A DNA stretch of 64,000 bases from Actinomycetes bacterium. GTDB lineage: Bacteria; Actinomycetota; Acidimicrobiia; Spongiisociales; UBA5794. The position numbers and the translations under genes are program-made. Positions 1 through 9,687 of this stretch are shown here, in pieces. Position 1 is the first letter of the stretch, and the number at the start of each line of letters is the position of its first letter. Location of the stretch: contig JAHEJX010000213.1 in NCBI GenBank assembly GCA_024638645.1, positions 969 through 64,968 of the forward strand. Reading direction: 5' to 3'. The notes under the pieces are model-generated. The model saw nothing but the letters and a program-made list of their open reading frames with translations. It was not told where the DNA came from and did no database searches.

Positions 1-1
1 G

Positions 2-1975
2 ATCGACGCCGCGGACCCTGAGGACGCCCCCGGCACACTGGACGTGGACGTGCGGTTCGATGGCGGAACGTGGCAGCAGGCTGTCTGGCAGCAAGGATTG
101 AGCCGGTACACCTTTGACTGGGACACCACCTCACTACCGGACGGCGACGTCGCCATCGAATCGCGAGCGGTCGATTCTCAACTCGCCGAGACCACCAGCG
201 GCATCGTCACCGTGACGGTCGCTGCTGCCGATCCCTACCCGACTCGCATTCTCGGTGATGGCGCTCAGGTGTATTGGCGACTCGGCGAGACCTCCGGGAC
301 GAACGCGGCCGATGAGGTTGCAGGTGTCGACGGGAGCTATAACGGTGGCCCGTCACTCGGCGTTGCTGGTTTGCTGTCCGCCGACGCCAACACCGCCGTC
401 GATTTCGATGGCGGAAACGATGTCGTTGCTATTCCGGACAGCACACTGATCAATCTGGGCGGGCCATTCGAATCGAAGACAATCGAGCTCTGGTTCAACG
501 CCGATGACGTGGCGGCCCGAGCTGTGCTCTACGAGCAGGGCGGTGTCACTCGGGGCATGTCTGTCTACGTCGAGGGTGGCCGGCTCTACGGGGGAGCCTG
601 GAACACTTCGAACAACGGCGACGGCACAACGCCTTGGGCGGCGCCGATCTTCGTGTCGGCACCCGTGACGGCCGGCGATGACTATCACGTAGTGCTGACG
701 TACAGTTTCGTGGACGATGAGATTGCCCTATATGTCAATGGGCTGCGCCGGGCTGCGACCGACGGCGTTGGGCGCCTGTTTGCTCACTCGGCCAACGTCG
801 GGATAGGTGCGATGCGCAGTGGCTCTCGCTTCGTAAGCGGCGCGATCGGCGGAGCAGGATTTCACTTCAACGGGGTTATCGACGACGTCGCCTCCTATGG
901 AACATCGCTCAACGACAACGTTGTCGCCTCACATTTCCAGGTCGGCTCCGGCCTCGGCCAGGGCCCGATCGTCGAGATTGTCGAGCCCGCGTCCGGAGAA
1001 GCTGTCGCCGGGATTCTTTCTGTTGTCGTCGCCGCTGGCGACGACGTGGATGGCGCGGGCACCCTCGACATCGACGTTCGCGTCGCAGCCGGATCCTGGA
1101 ATCAAGCCACGTACAATTCAGGCAGCGGCCGCTACGAGTGGAACTGGGACACGACCACGGAGCCCAATGGCAACGTGACCGTTGAGGCACGCGCCACCGA
1201 TTCGGACGCAACGACTTCGAGCGCGACTCCTGTTGTGGTCGAGGTGCAAAATGCCAGTGGATACTCGGCTGAAGTCCTGGCAGACGCCCCTGCCACCTAT
1301 TGGCGGCTCGACGAGGCCGCAGGCACGACAGCTGTGGACATTGTCGGCGGTGTCAGCGGGACGTTCACAGGCGGCGTAGCGCTTGGCATGGCCGGCCTGA
1401 TCTCAGATGGCACCTCGGTCGGCTTCGACGGTGTCGACGACTTGATCGCAATACCCGATTCGGCTCTGATCAACATCGGAGGGCCATATGAGGTGCGATC
1501 CATCGAGCTGTGGTTCACTGCCGGCGACGTTGCGTCGCGACAGGTCCTCTATGAAGAGGGCGGCAACAGCCGCGGAATCAACATCTACATCGAGAGCGGC
1601 AATCTCCATTTCGGAGCTTGGAATCGCACTTCTCACGGTGACGGAACTACTCCGTGGCTCGGCGGCGAGCTATTCCTGCCCACGCCGGTGGCTCCCGGCA
1701 CCTCGTATCACGTTGTGCTGACACTGGATCAGCCCTCAGACGAGCTCATCGGCTACGTGAACGGCACAGAAGTGGTGTCATCCGGCGGAATCGGCCGCCT
1801 GTATGCTCACGGCGCCGACGTCGGCATTGGCGCCATGAACAACCAGGCACGATTCGCAGCAGGCGGACGAACCGGTAGCGGGTTCTACTTTGCGGGCCGG
1901 ATCGACGAGGTCGCCGTCTACAACTCCGTGCTTTCTGCAACCCGCATTGCGGTTCATCATGCGGCAGGCATCTAA
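2..1975 (+). CDS. Secreted protein with two tandem concanavalin/LamG-like lectin domains, each preceded by an Ig-like module. 5'-partial: the ORF is open to the window start.
   Basis: Two ~300-aa internal repeats (YWRL.E..GT.A.D..G.. ... GRIDEVAVY) typical of LamG/ConA-like folds. The frame is open from nt 2. It sits inside a glycan cluster. Confidence 0.6.
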   Translation: MDAADPEDAPGTLDVDVRFDGGTWQQAVWQQGLSRYTFDWDTTSLPDGDVAIESRAVDSQLAETTSGIVTVTVAAADPYPTRILGDGAQVYWRLGETSGTNAADEVAGVDGSYNGGPSLGVAGLLSADANTAVDFDGGNDVVAIPDSTLINLGGPFESKTIELWFNADDVAARAVLYEQGGVTRGMSVYVEGGRLYGGAWNTSNNGDGTTPWAAPIFVSAPVTAGDDYHVVLTYSFVDDEIALYVNGLRRAATDGVGRLFAHSANVGIGAMRSGSRFVSGAIGGAGFHFNGVIDDVASYGTSLNDNVVASHFQVGSGLGQGPIVEIVEPASGEAVAGILSVVVAAGDDVDGAGTLDIDVRVAAGSWNQATYNSGSGRYEWNWDTTTEPNGNVTVEARATDSDATTSSATPVVVEVQNASGYSAEVLADAPATYWRLDEAAGTTAVDIVGGVSGTFTGGVALGMAGLISDGTSVGFDGVDDLIAIPDSALINIGGPYEVRSIELWFTAGDVASRQVLYEEGGNSRGINIYIESGNLHFGAWNRTSHGDGTTPWLGGELFLPTPVAPGTSYHVVLTLDQPSDELIGYVNGTEVVSSGGIGRLYAHGADVGIGAMNNQARFAAGGRTGSGFYFAGRIDEVAVYNSVLSATRIAVHHAAGI

Positions 1976-1993
1976 CCATTAGGAAGAAACAAA

Positions 1994-2965
1994 TTGAATC
2001 TCTTGATATCAGGCGGTGAACAGCGTCGCCCCCGCACCATTACCTCCGGTAGCGGACATTGGTACAAGTACGCCAGAGGGCGCCTACTGAACGTCGACAC
2101 CGTTTCCGGCGCAGTGGCTGATGTCATGTCGTATGTGTCTCCACCCGAGGTCGTGGCCGATGACGAGCCCGCCGTCCTCTTCAAGCAGGGCACTCTCGAT
2201 GGCGACAAGTTGTACCTCACTACCCAGACCGAGGTGATCATCTACAGCTATCCCCAGCTGGAGGTCCAGCACCACATCTCGCTGCCCCAATTCAACGACG
2301 TTCACCACGTCCGCCCGACCACTTGGGGCACTCTGCTCGTCGTGAACACCGGCCTGGACCAGGTGCTCGAGCTCGACTACGAGGGCACGGTGCTCAAGGA
2401 ATGGAACTCCCTCGGCAAGGACCCGTGGGAGCGTTTTGACCGCGAGACCGACTACCGCAAAGTCCCATCCACGAAGCCATACGAGTCCCACCCCAACCAT
2501 GTCTTCACCATCGATGACGAGGTCTTCGTGACCCGCTTCAAGCAGAAGGACGCCGTGTCGGTGGAAGATCCGTCGCGACGCATCGATATCGGAGTCGAGC
2601 GTGTGCACGACGGGGTCGCGTTCGGTGACCACATCTACTTCACGGCGGTGAACGGTCACATAGCCGTAGTTGACAAGCACACTCTCGAGCCAGTCGAGAT
2701 GTTTGACCTCACCGAGATCGAGGAGTCGAACCGACTGTTGGGTTGGTGCCGGGGGATAGCGCCGGACGAGGACGGTGCCTGGGTTGGGTTTTCCCGGCTG
2801 CGCCCGACGGCGGTGCGTGAAAACATCGCGTGGGTCAAGAGCGGATTCCGCAAGAGCATGGGCACCCACATTGCCCGCTACAACTTGAAGACCCGTACTC
2901 TTGAGCAGCGTATCGAGCTGGAAGAGCACGACTTCAATGCGGTATTCAGCATCTTCCCGATCTAG
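1994..2965 (+). CDS. Hypothetical protein, possibly an arylsulfotransferase-like beta-propeller, with no signal peptide. TTG start with an AGGAAG RBS.
   Basis: It has His-rich motifs (DVHHV, ESHPNHVF) reminiscent of the ASST family. The family assignment is tentative. Confidence 0.4.
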   Translation: MNLLISGGEQRRPRTITSGSGHWYKYARGRLLNVDTVSGAVADVMSYVSPPEVVADDEPAVLFKQGTLDGDKLYLTTQTEVIIYSYPQLEVQHHISLPQFNDVHHVRPTTWGTLLVVNTGLDQVLELDYEGTVLKEWNSLGKDPWERFDRETDYRKVPSTKPYESHPNHVFTIDDEVFVTRFKQKDAVSVEDPSRRIDIGVERVHDGVAFGDHIYFTAVNGHIAVVDKHTLEPVEMFDLTEIEESNRLLGWCRGIAPDEDGAWVGFSRLRPTAVRENIAWVKSGFRKSMGTHIARYNLKTRTLEQRIELEEHDFNAVFSIFPI

Positions 2966-2977
2966 GGCGGCAGCGGC

Positions 2978-4333
2978 GTGATCGGCCTCATCTCAACGGC
3001 AGTCATCTGGGGGATTGCTGTCGGCGTGACCCGCAATGCCCGCTGGGCGCGACCGATCGACGCCTTGAGCAGAGGCTTGGGCCGCGAGCACACTGTGCTC
3101 ATTCTCATCCTGTTGGCGTTCCACTCGCGCGCCACGCGGACCGGGGCGGAGGACACTCTCAACAACCCGTTCGTGATCGAGACCGTCATGCGAGGAGCGC
3201 TGGCACTGACCGCGCTCGCAATACTGGCGCCGCTCTTCCTCCCCAATGCCAGGCTGGCGCTCGCCATCCGTCGCAAGCGGTACGGCATGTTGGGTCTGGG
3301 TATCTACTTCTGTGTGGCAGCTGTGTCCACGGTTTGGTCGGCCTCCGCGCTCAACACTGCTGGAAAGGTCCTCGAGATTGCTGTGGCGTTCGGGTTGGTC
3401 TGGGTGCTGGTGGTCCGCGAAGACAATGTCGACGCCATCAAGCGCACCATCAAGTTCCTCCTGTTCTTGGAGACCTGCCTGATTGTCGTTGCGATCTCGG
3501 GCTTTCTCGTGTGGCCGTCCGTCTTCTCGGACAACCTGACGCGTCCCGGTTTCTTCTTCCGGGGCACCATGGTGGCGCCGTTCGGGGGTCCGAACGGTTT
3601 CTCTGCGCTCGGCGCCATGCTCGGTTCGTTTGCGTTGGCCTCTTACTTCCAGACACCGAAGGGTCAGGCGAGGGCACACTGGATCGGGCTGCTGCTGGTC
3701 GGATCGATATCCACGACCCTGAGCTCTGGCAGGCAAGGTGTCCTCATCTGGGTTGTTGGGATATCGATCATCATGGTCATCTACAGGCGCGAGCTTTTTC
3801 TGCTCTTCGTGGCGCCTCTCATGGTGGGGATGGTGATGCTCAACTGGGACATCGTCTGGGGGGTCGTCAGCCGTGACCAGGTGTCAGGGTCTCTCAACAC
3901 GTTGACGGGCCGCACCACGTTGTGGGCCGCCGGCATCGACGCGTTCCTTCAAAGACCCATCACCGGATGGGGGTTTGGCGCCGGCTCCCGATTCGTTGCC
4001 CTGCGGGCAATCGGGAAGGACTACTTGACCCACATCCACAACGGATTCATCGAGGCGCTGATCGGTGTCGGCCTGCTCGGGTTCATCCCCTTCATCTACG
4101 TGGTGTTGCGGACGATGGGGTGGAGCATCCGCCATCTCTATCGCAAGATCGATGTCCAATACGCCATCCTTGCCATACCGCTCGTGCTCCAGAACCTGTT
4201 CGGGCTCGGTTTCGGCGCATGGTTTAACACCAACCTGATGATGTTCGCCCTGCTGGTCGGTCTTGCCGACTCGATGGGAGTGAAGCCCCCCGCTCGCCGC
4301 CGGCGCAGCATTCGGCGGTCCTACGCCCGATAG
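2978..4333 (+). CDS. O-antigen ligase/polymerase-like (Wzy/WaaL family) polytopic membrane protein
   Basis: It has roughly 10-12 predicted TM helices and a large loop, and lies within the polysaccharide gene cluster. Confidence 0.55.
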   Translation: MIGLISTAVIWGIAVGVTRNARWARPIDALSRGLGREHTVLILILLAFHSRATRTGAEDTLNNPFVIETVMRGALALTALAILAPLFLPNARLALAIRRKRYGMLGLGIYFCVAAVSTVWSASALNTAGKVLEIAVAFGLVWVLVVREDNVDAIKRTIKFLLFLETCLIVVAISGFLVWPSVFSDNLTRPGFFFRGTMVAPFGGPNGFSALGAMLGSFALASYFQTPKGQARAHWIGLLLVGSISTTLSSGRQGVLIWVVGISIIMVIYRRELFLLFVAPLMVGMVMLNWDIVWGVVSRDQVSGSLNTLTGRTTLWAAGIDAFLQRPITGWGFGAGSRFVALRAIGKDYLTHIHNGFIEALIGVGLLGFIPFIYVVLRTMGWSIRHLYRKIDVQYAILAIPLVLQNLFGLGFGAWFNTNLMMFALLVGLADSMGVKPPARRRRSIRRSYAR

Positions 4334-5469
4334 GCGGCAAGGAGATTCTGGAGAGCTTGGTCCGGCCCATATTTCTCCCGCCACATGTCTCTGGCAGTCA
4401 GTGACGCCGCGGCAACCGCCGAATCGTCCTCGAGGACGGAGAATGCATCGCTCCACGCTTTCTGGTTGCCGGGCTCCACCAGCCATCCTTCCCCGAGTGG
4501 CTCGAGCATTTCCGTCATCGATCCCAGGTTCGAGCCCAGCACCGGAAGACCGGACGCGAATGCTTCGAGCATTGTCATCGGCATGCCCTCGTACCACTCA
4601 GACGGAAATAGGAGAGCGCGCGCTCCGAACATGAGGCGCTGAATCTCGGGCCGGTCGACCCTTCCCAGGAATCGGACGTCCGGCCAATCTGCTGCTTCGA
4701 GCTCCTCGTACATTGGGCCGTCGCCCGCGATGATCAGCTCGAGTCCGGAGGGTCGGGCGCGGTGCCATGCATGTAGCAGGGTGCCTATTCCCTTTTCCGC
4801 GGTGAGACGTCCCACGAATAGGACTCGGTCCGATGCTGCGGGGCTTTCAGCGCGCCGCCCTGGATCTGGCACGAAGTTGGGCTTGACGATGACTTTGTCC
4901 GCCGGCAGCCCTCCAGCTATTGCTTTGCTTCGCGAAAAATTGGTGAGAGCCAAGAAACGGTCGACGTTGTCGACCCAGCTTCTCCGCCGGCGGTTGATCG
5001 AAATGGTGGCTGCAGCCGCCACCGACTGCAGCCGAGAATCTCGGTAGCAGGCGTAGCGAACCGCGTTCCACGGGCCCGATCCAACACATAGCTCGCAGGG
5101 AGTGCCGTCTCGCAGCAGCAGGGCATTGGCACACGACAGTCGATAGTTGTGGAGTGTCATGACAATCGGTCCCGGCACGACCTCACGCAATGCAGGGAAG
5201 ACGGCGGGCGACGTCGCGAACCACGTGTTGTGGACATGCACGACATCTGGCGGGACGTCGCGGGCGGCTGCGGCGACGGCAGCCGCTGCGGTCTTGTTGG
5301 CCGGCGCTTTGAGCAGTGCTCGCAGCGCCGGAACAGTATCGGTTGGGTTCTGGCCAATCCACTGCACAACCTCGTGGCCCGCAGCCTCGAGAAGGGCGGA
5401 TTCGGCGGCGATCACGGCATCCTCACCGCCCGCCTCGCGATATCGGGTGTGCACTTGAAGTACTCGCAT
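4321..5469 (-). CDS. Glycosyltransferase family 4 (GT-B)
   Basis: The N-terminus MRVLQV.TRY...GGED is the GT4 N-domain signature, and the C-terminus has an E-x7-E-like motif region. Confidence 0.8.
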   Translation of the reverse strand: MRVLQVHTRYREAGGEDAVIAAESALLEAAGHEVVQWIGQNPTDTVPALRALLKAPANKTAAAAVAAAARDVPPDVVHVHNTWFATSPAVFPALREVVPGPIVMTLHNYRLSCANALLLRDGTPCELCVGSGPWNAVRYACYRDSRLQSVAAAATISINRRRRSWVDNVDRFLALTNFSRSKAIAGGLPADKVIVKPNFVPDPGRRAESPAASDRVLFVGRLTAEKGIGTLLHAWHRARPSGLELIIAGDGPMYEELEAADWPDVRFLGRVDRPEIQRLMFGARALLFPSEWYEGMPMTMLEAFASGLPVLGSNLGSMTEMLEPLGEGWLVEPGNQKAWSDAFSVLEDDSAVAAASLTARDMWREKYGPDQALQNLLAAYRA

Positions 5470-5568
5470 GAGCGATGGCCGAGTGTACGACGGCCTAGTC
5501 CGGCGGCAGAGCCAAACAAAAGGGCGGGTGGCTCAGCCACCCGCCCTTCTCACCGCTTGCCCGAATCC

Positions 5569-8214
5569 TTAGAGCCAGGTGAATGAGCCGTTCGTGTCCA
5601 TTCCGACACTCTTCCAAGTCGAGACGCTCACGGATCCGTTGATCCACTTGAACGGCTTGAAGTTGTTGTTGCCGTAATCGAACGTGTAGTCGTTGTCGGT
5701 GAATCGGTTGTTTCTCGACGTGAAGTAGCTGGTATCGCTTATTCCATCGATCGCCAGGCCGAGACGCGCCGAGCCGTCCATTGTGATGTCGTTGTGATGC
5801 ACCCACAGGTTGCGCATCTTCATGACGCCTGTCCGGTTGTCCTGGCGGCCGAGGATGCCCATTGCGTTGTCGCTGAGGGTGTTGCCGTAGACCTCGACAT
5901 TCGCCGAGGACAGGATCATGATTCCGAAGTTCTTGGCGCCGTCGGAGCGGAACCCGTTCCCTTCGATCACGTTGTTGCGAATGATCGCTCCATCCGAGAT
6001 CTCATGGTGGATGCCGTTGCCTTCGTTGTTGCGAATGATGTTGTCCTCGTACACGACGTTCACCGATTCCTGGTCGAGGTGTAGACCGTGACCAGGGTTG
6101 TCGTGCACGTAGTTGCCCTTGAGCGTGACGTTGGTCATGTTGTTGATCTTCACGGCACCGCCCCCGAAGCCGAAGCACCGGAAGCCGGAGATGCAGTTGT
6201 TGACGATCTCGTTGTTCTTGATGAGGACATTGCTCGCGTAAGCGCCGCCGATTCCCATCTGCCCATGATCCTTGATCACGTTGTTGACGATGTCCATACC
6301 AGATTCGACCTTGATGCCGTACCCGTGGTTGTCGCGGATGACGTTGTCCCTAATGGTCCAACCGTTGCCCGCCGAGCCGGTTCGGCCGGTGCGGCCCTGA
6401 ATCGTGCCTTGGCGACCCGGTGTGGCGTATCGCTCGATGGTGAAGCCTTCGATATGGACGTTGTCGGCGTTGCCGTAGAACGCCCATCCTGCCACGGACG
6501 TTTCGACGGTCTTGCCTGTCGGATTATCAGCGAACCAGATCTTGTCTGCGCCGTAGTCGAAATACCACTTGCCGGGCCCAACCTGCGACTTGGACTTGAC
6601 CTGCCACAGAAGCTGGCCGTTGATGAATAGCTGCTCTGGGTAGACGCAGGCTGTGTAAGAGCCCTCGCACTTGCCCCACTCGTTGCCCGGGCTCTTGTTG
6701 CTGGAACCCTGGTTCTGCCCGCTGGCGAACCACAGGCCGCCAGACTGACCGAAGGTCGTCAGCTTTTTGGCGCCTGACATGATGGCGCCGCTTTCTGCGA
6801 CGAAGCTCATGCCGTCCTTCGGCTTGATCTCGTGCATGCGGTACTTGCCAGCCTTCACGTAGAAGCTGGTGCCGGCCGGCTTGTTGTTGACGATCTGCTC
6901 GAAGTTGTCTCCGGGCCGAATCGTTACGTCGTAGTTACCGGAGCTGTCGTCGTTCTCGATCGTGACTCGAATCCGGCCGGTGTCAGAGTTGCCGGCGGTG
7001 TCCTCGATCCGGTACGTGATCGTGTCGACGCTCCCGCCACCGTTCGATGGCGCGGCGTAGTTCCACTTGTTGCCGTCCGGCGTGACGGACACGCCCATGT
7101 TCGACGGGCTCGATACGGACTTGACGGTGAGTGCGTCACCGTCCGGGTCGGTGTCGTTGCTCAGCAGCTTGGACTTCGTGATTACGACCGTGCTGCCTTC
7201 GGTGATGGTGTAGTTGTCCGTCCGCGCATGCGGCTTGCCATTGGACGGGGCCTGCGTAGTGCTCGTCGTAGACGTGCTGGTGGGGGAGGAGGTCGTCGTG
7301 GTGGTGGTACCGCCGCTGCTGCTGGGCTCGTTGTACGTCCAGCCGCTGCTGGAGCCCTGCACCGTCCACGTGTGGCCGTTTTCCTTCCAGCTGCTGCGGT
7401 CGCCGGTCGCTTGTCGTGGGCTGCGCATGTCGAGGGTGATGGTCTGCTTGCCACCATTCGTCGACCAGCCGTTGCGCCAGAAGCCGACGTATCCGATGTC
7501 GCCCTTGAAGCGATCGGTCGTGCCGCCGTCTGCCGCCCCGACCGTCCACTTGCCTACTTTGTCACGCACAGTGATCTTGGCTGAGCTTTCGGTGCGCACG
7601 GCACTGCCCCAATTGACCTTCATCGGCCCGGTGTCGATCTTCTGTGACGACTTGTAGAACCTTGCCTCGGACTTGTCGTTCTTCGCAACGTCGAGCGTGA
7701 CGCGGAACCAGTAGCCCTTGTTGTTGTCGAGCTTCAAGCTCGAGCTCCAGGCGCTGTACACGTGACCGTTGCCTTGCTTGTCCTTGACGACTAGCTGTAG
7801 GTGGCCCTTGTTGAATTGAACCCGTAGCGCCTTGCGCTCCGAGGTTTGCGGCCAGTGAGCGAGCACGGTCTGGGTGCCGCTGTTCCAACTGTCGGCAGCC
7901 GCGTAGAAGATGATGTCGAAGTCGCCTGTGCCGTTGCTGAACGTGGGAGCCGTCAGGTAGGCGCCGCCGTTCAAGGTCATGTTGCCGTCGTATTCCGACC
8001 CAGCATTGGCCGGAATGGCAAGCGAAATCGTGAGAACTGAAGCGACCATTGCGAGCGCGGCGCCTATGACGCGCCAGCGCGACGCTCTGGATGTAAAGAA
8101 TGACTCTCGTAAGAACCCTGTTGCCCGGTACAACGTTGCTACCCCTTCGGTTGGCGGAACACTCTTTGCGCCCGGTGCACACCCACACCGGTCAGCGTGC
8201 GCTCGAACCGCCAA
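5569..8214 (-). CDS. Large secreted protein: signal/TM, LamG-like domain, Thr/Ser-rich linker, cadherin/Big-like domain, and right-handed parallel beta-helix (PbH1, NosD/pectin-lyase-like) repeats
   Basis: N-terminal hydrophobic segment, T/S run (TTTTTTSSPTSTSTTSTT), and repeated NN.I..N...GI motifs characteristic of PbH1 beta-helix glycan lyases and hydrolases. Confidence 0.7.
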   Translation of the reverse strand: MAVRAHADRCGCAPGAKSVPPTEGVATLYRATGFLRESFFTSRASRWRVIGAALAMVASVLTISLAIPANAGSEYDGNMTLNGGAYLTAPTFSNGTGDFDIIFYAAADSWNSGTQTVLAHWPQTSERKALRVQFNKGHLQLVVKDKQGNGHVYSAWSSSLKLDNNKGYWFRVTLDVAKNDKSEARFYKSSQKIDTGPMKVNWGSAVRTESSAKITVRDKVGKWTVGAADGGTTDRFKGDIGYVGFWRNGWSTNGGKQTITLDMRSPRQATGDRSSWKENGHTWTVQGSSSGWTYNEPSSSGGTTTTTTSSPTSTSTTSTTQAPSNGKPHARTDNYTITEGSTVVITKSKLLSNDTDPDGDALTVKSVSSPSNMGVSVTPDGNKWNYAAPSNGGGSVDTITYRIEDTAGNSDTGRIRVTIENDDSSGNYDVTIRPGDNFEQIVNNKPAGTSFYVKAGKYRMHEIKPKDGMSFVAESGAIMSGAKKLTTFGQSGGLWFASGQNQGSSNKSPGNEWGKCEGSYTACVYPEQLFINGQLLWQVKSKSQVGPGKWYFDYGADKIWFADNPTGKTVETSVAGWAFYGNADNVHIEGFTIERYATPGRQGTIQGRTGRTGSAGNGWTIRDNVIRDNHGYGIKVESGMDIVNNVIKDHGQMGIGGAYASNVLIKNNEIVNNCISGFRCFGFGGGAVKINNMTNVTLKGNYVHDNPGHGLHLDQESVNVVYEDNIIRNNEGNGIHHEISDGAIIRNNVIEGNGFRSDGAKNFGIMILSSANVEVYGNTLSDNAMGILGRQDNRTGVMKMRNLWVHHNDITMDGSARLGLAIDGISDTSYFTSRNNRFTDNDYTFDYGNNNFKPFKWINGSVSVSTWKSVGMDTNGSFTWL

Positions 8215-8797
8215 TCGCTCCTCAATTCGGCCGGCGGCCGAGGTGAAGCAGCTGGACGCGCAAACGCACCTGTCGGCGGCTTCACAGAGTGGTGATCGGG
8301 GCTACTTTGAGTGCTCTTGAGCATTTTGTATTGAAAAACTCTGCTTGGCCCTGGGATGGCGTATATCCCGGAGTTTCCTTGTACCCAATGAGCAGCAGGC
8401 TGCTGTGCCCATCGAAGTGAAAGCAGAGATGCTCTCGACTCAGTTGTTCGATGTTGATCCCCGGCGATCAACTTCCGCCCGTGTCACGTCCCTCATCCAG
8501 CGCGTGCAGCCGCGACACTTAGGGTGGTTTCTAGTGACACGAATGTAGTGGGTCAAATTGGACTAGCCGAGTCCCCCAGGTTGGCGGCAGGCAAACACCT
8601 TGTATCTAGTCATGCCGAGCGACCGCGGTTGAATCTTGCGCGCGCTGCGTATTCCCCGGTATCATCAGCGCAGTTGGACCGTCTCCTTAGGCGCTGGACA
8701 CGGAACTTTTCCTCCCAGCGCAAGAGTTGACGGGGCAAGGTGCATGGTTCTTTGGTAGGGAACCGATGCACATCGGGCTAGACAGGGGAAGTAGGCA

Positions 8798-9622
8798 TTG
8801 GCTGCCGACGTACGGGGAGCCGAGTCGAACGTTGACCTAGACGTCGACACGGTTCGGCAAGCACAAATCACAAGCGCTGTGGCGCCCAACGAGGCGGATC
8901 GGGCCGTTGTCACTCCTGCGCCGCAGGACGACCACACCGCAACGGTCATCGACCTACGCACCGCAGAGCCGATAGTCGAGATCGATCGGCTCACAGACTC
9001 TGGATTGGCCAAGGCTTCAACCTTCGAGCTCGCAGTGAAGCGGGCCGTTGACATCGTTGTAGCGCTGACGGCGATGGCAGTCTTGGCGCCGCTCTTTTTG
9101 GCCGTTGCTGCGGCGGTCAAACTCACTTCGAGGGGGCCGGTGTTCTTCAAACAGGCCCGCGTCGGAAGGCTTGGCGAGAACTTCAACTTCTACAAGTTCC
9201 GTTCAATGCGCACGACGGCAATCTATGAGAAGCCGCAATTGCGCGAGCTGAATGAAAAGGATGGTCCGATCTTCAAGATCAGGAACGATCCGCGGACCAC
9301 CAAGGTGGGCAGGGTCATTCGCAAGCTCTCCATCGACGAGCTGCCGCAGTTGGCGCATGTGCTCAGCGGCAAGATGTCCTTGGTCGGACCCCGGCCGCAT
9401 CTTCCTGAGGAAGTCGCTGCATACGATGCAAGGGCAGCACGACGTCTCGCCGTCAAGCCCGGCATCACATGCATATGGCAGGTTTCGGGAAGAGCCGATC
9501 TCGATTTCGACACCTGGATAGATCTCGACCTGGAGTACATCGACCAATGGAGCCTCGGCCTCGACGCCAAGCTGCTGGTCAAGACGGTGCCGGCGGTGCT
9601 TTCGGGCAAGGGCGCTTACTAG
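8798..9622 (+). CDS. Polyprenyl-phosphate sugar-1-phosphate transferase (WbaP/WcaJ/PglC-type bacterial sugar transferase), small form
   Basis: Conserved 'bacterial sugar transferase' core (FYKFRSM....DELPQL..VL.G.MSLVGPRP) with a single TM helix. Confidence 0.8.
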   Translation: MAADVRGAESNVDLDVDTVRQAQITSAVAPNEADRAVVTPAPQDDHTATVIDLRTAEPIVEIDRLTDSGLAKASTFELAVKRAVDIVVALTAMAVLAPLFLAVAAAVKLTSRGPVFFKQARVGRLGENFNFYKFRSMRTTAIYEKPQLRELNEKDGPIFKIRNDPRTTKVGRVIRKLSIDELPQLAHVLSGKMSLVGPRPHLPEEVAAYDARAARRLAVKPGITCIWQVSGRADLDFDTWIDLDLEYIDQWSLGLDAKLLVKTVPAVLSGKGAY

Positions 9623-9687
9623 GTCGCCTGCGGCTCCGGCATCGGACATCCGGTATTCGAGTCGGGGTACCGGATGGGTGATTCGGG

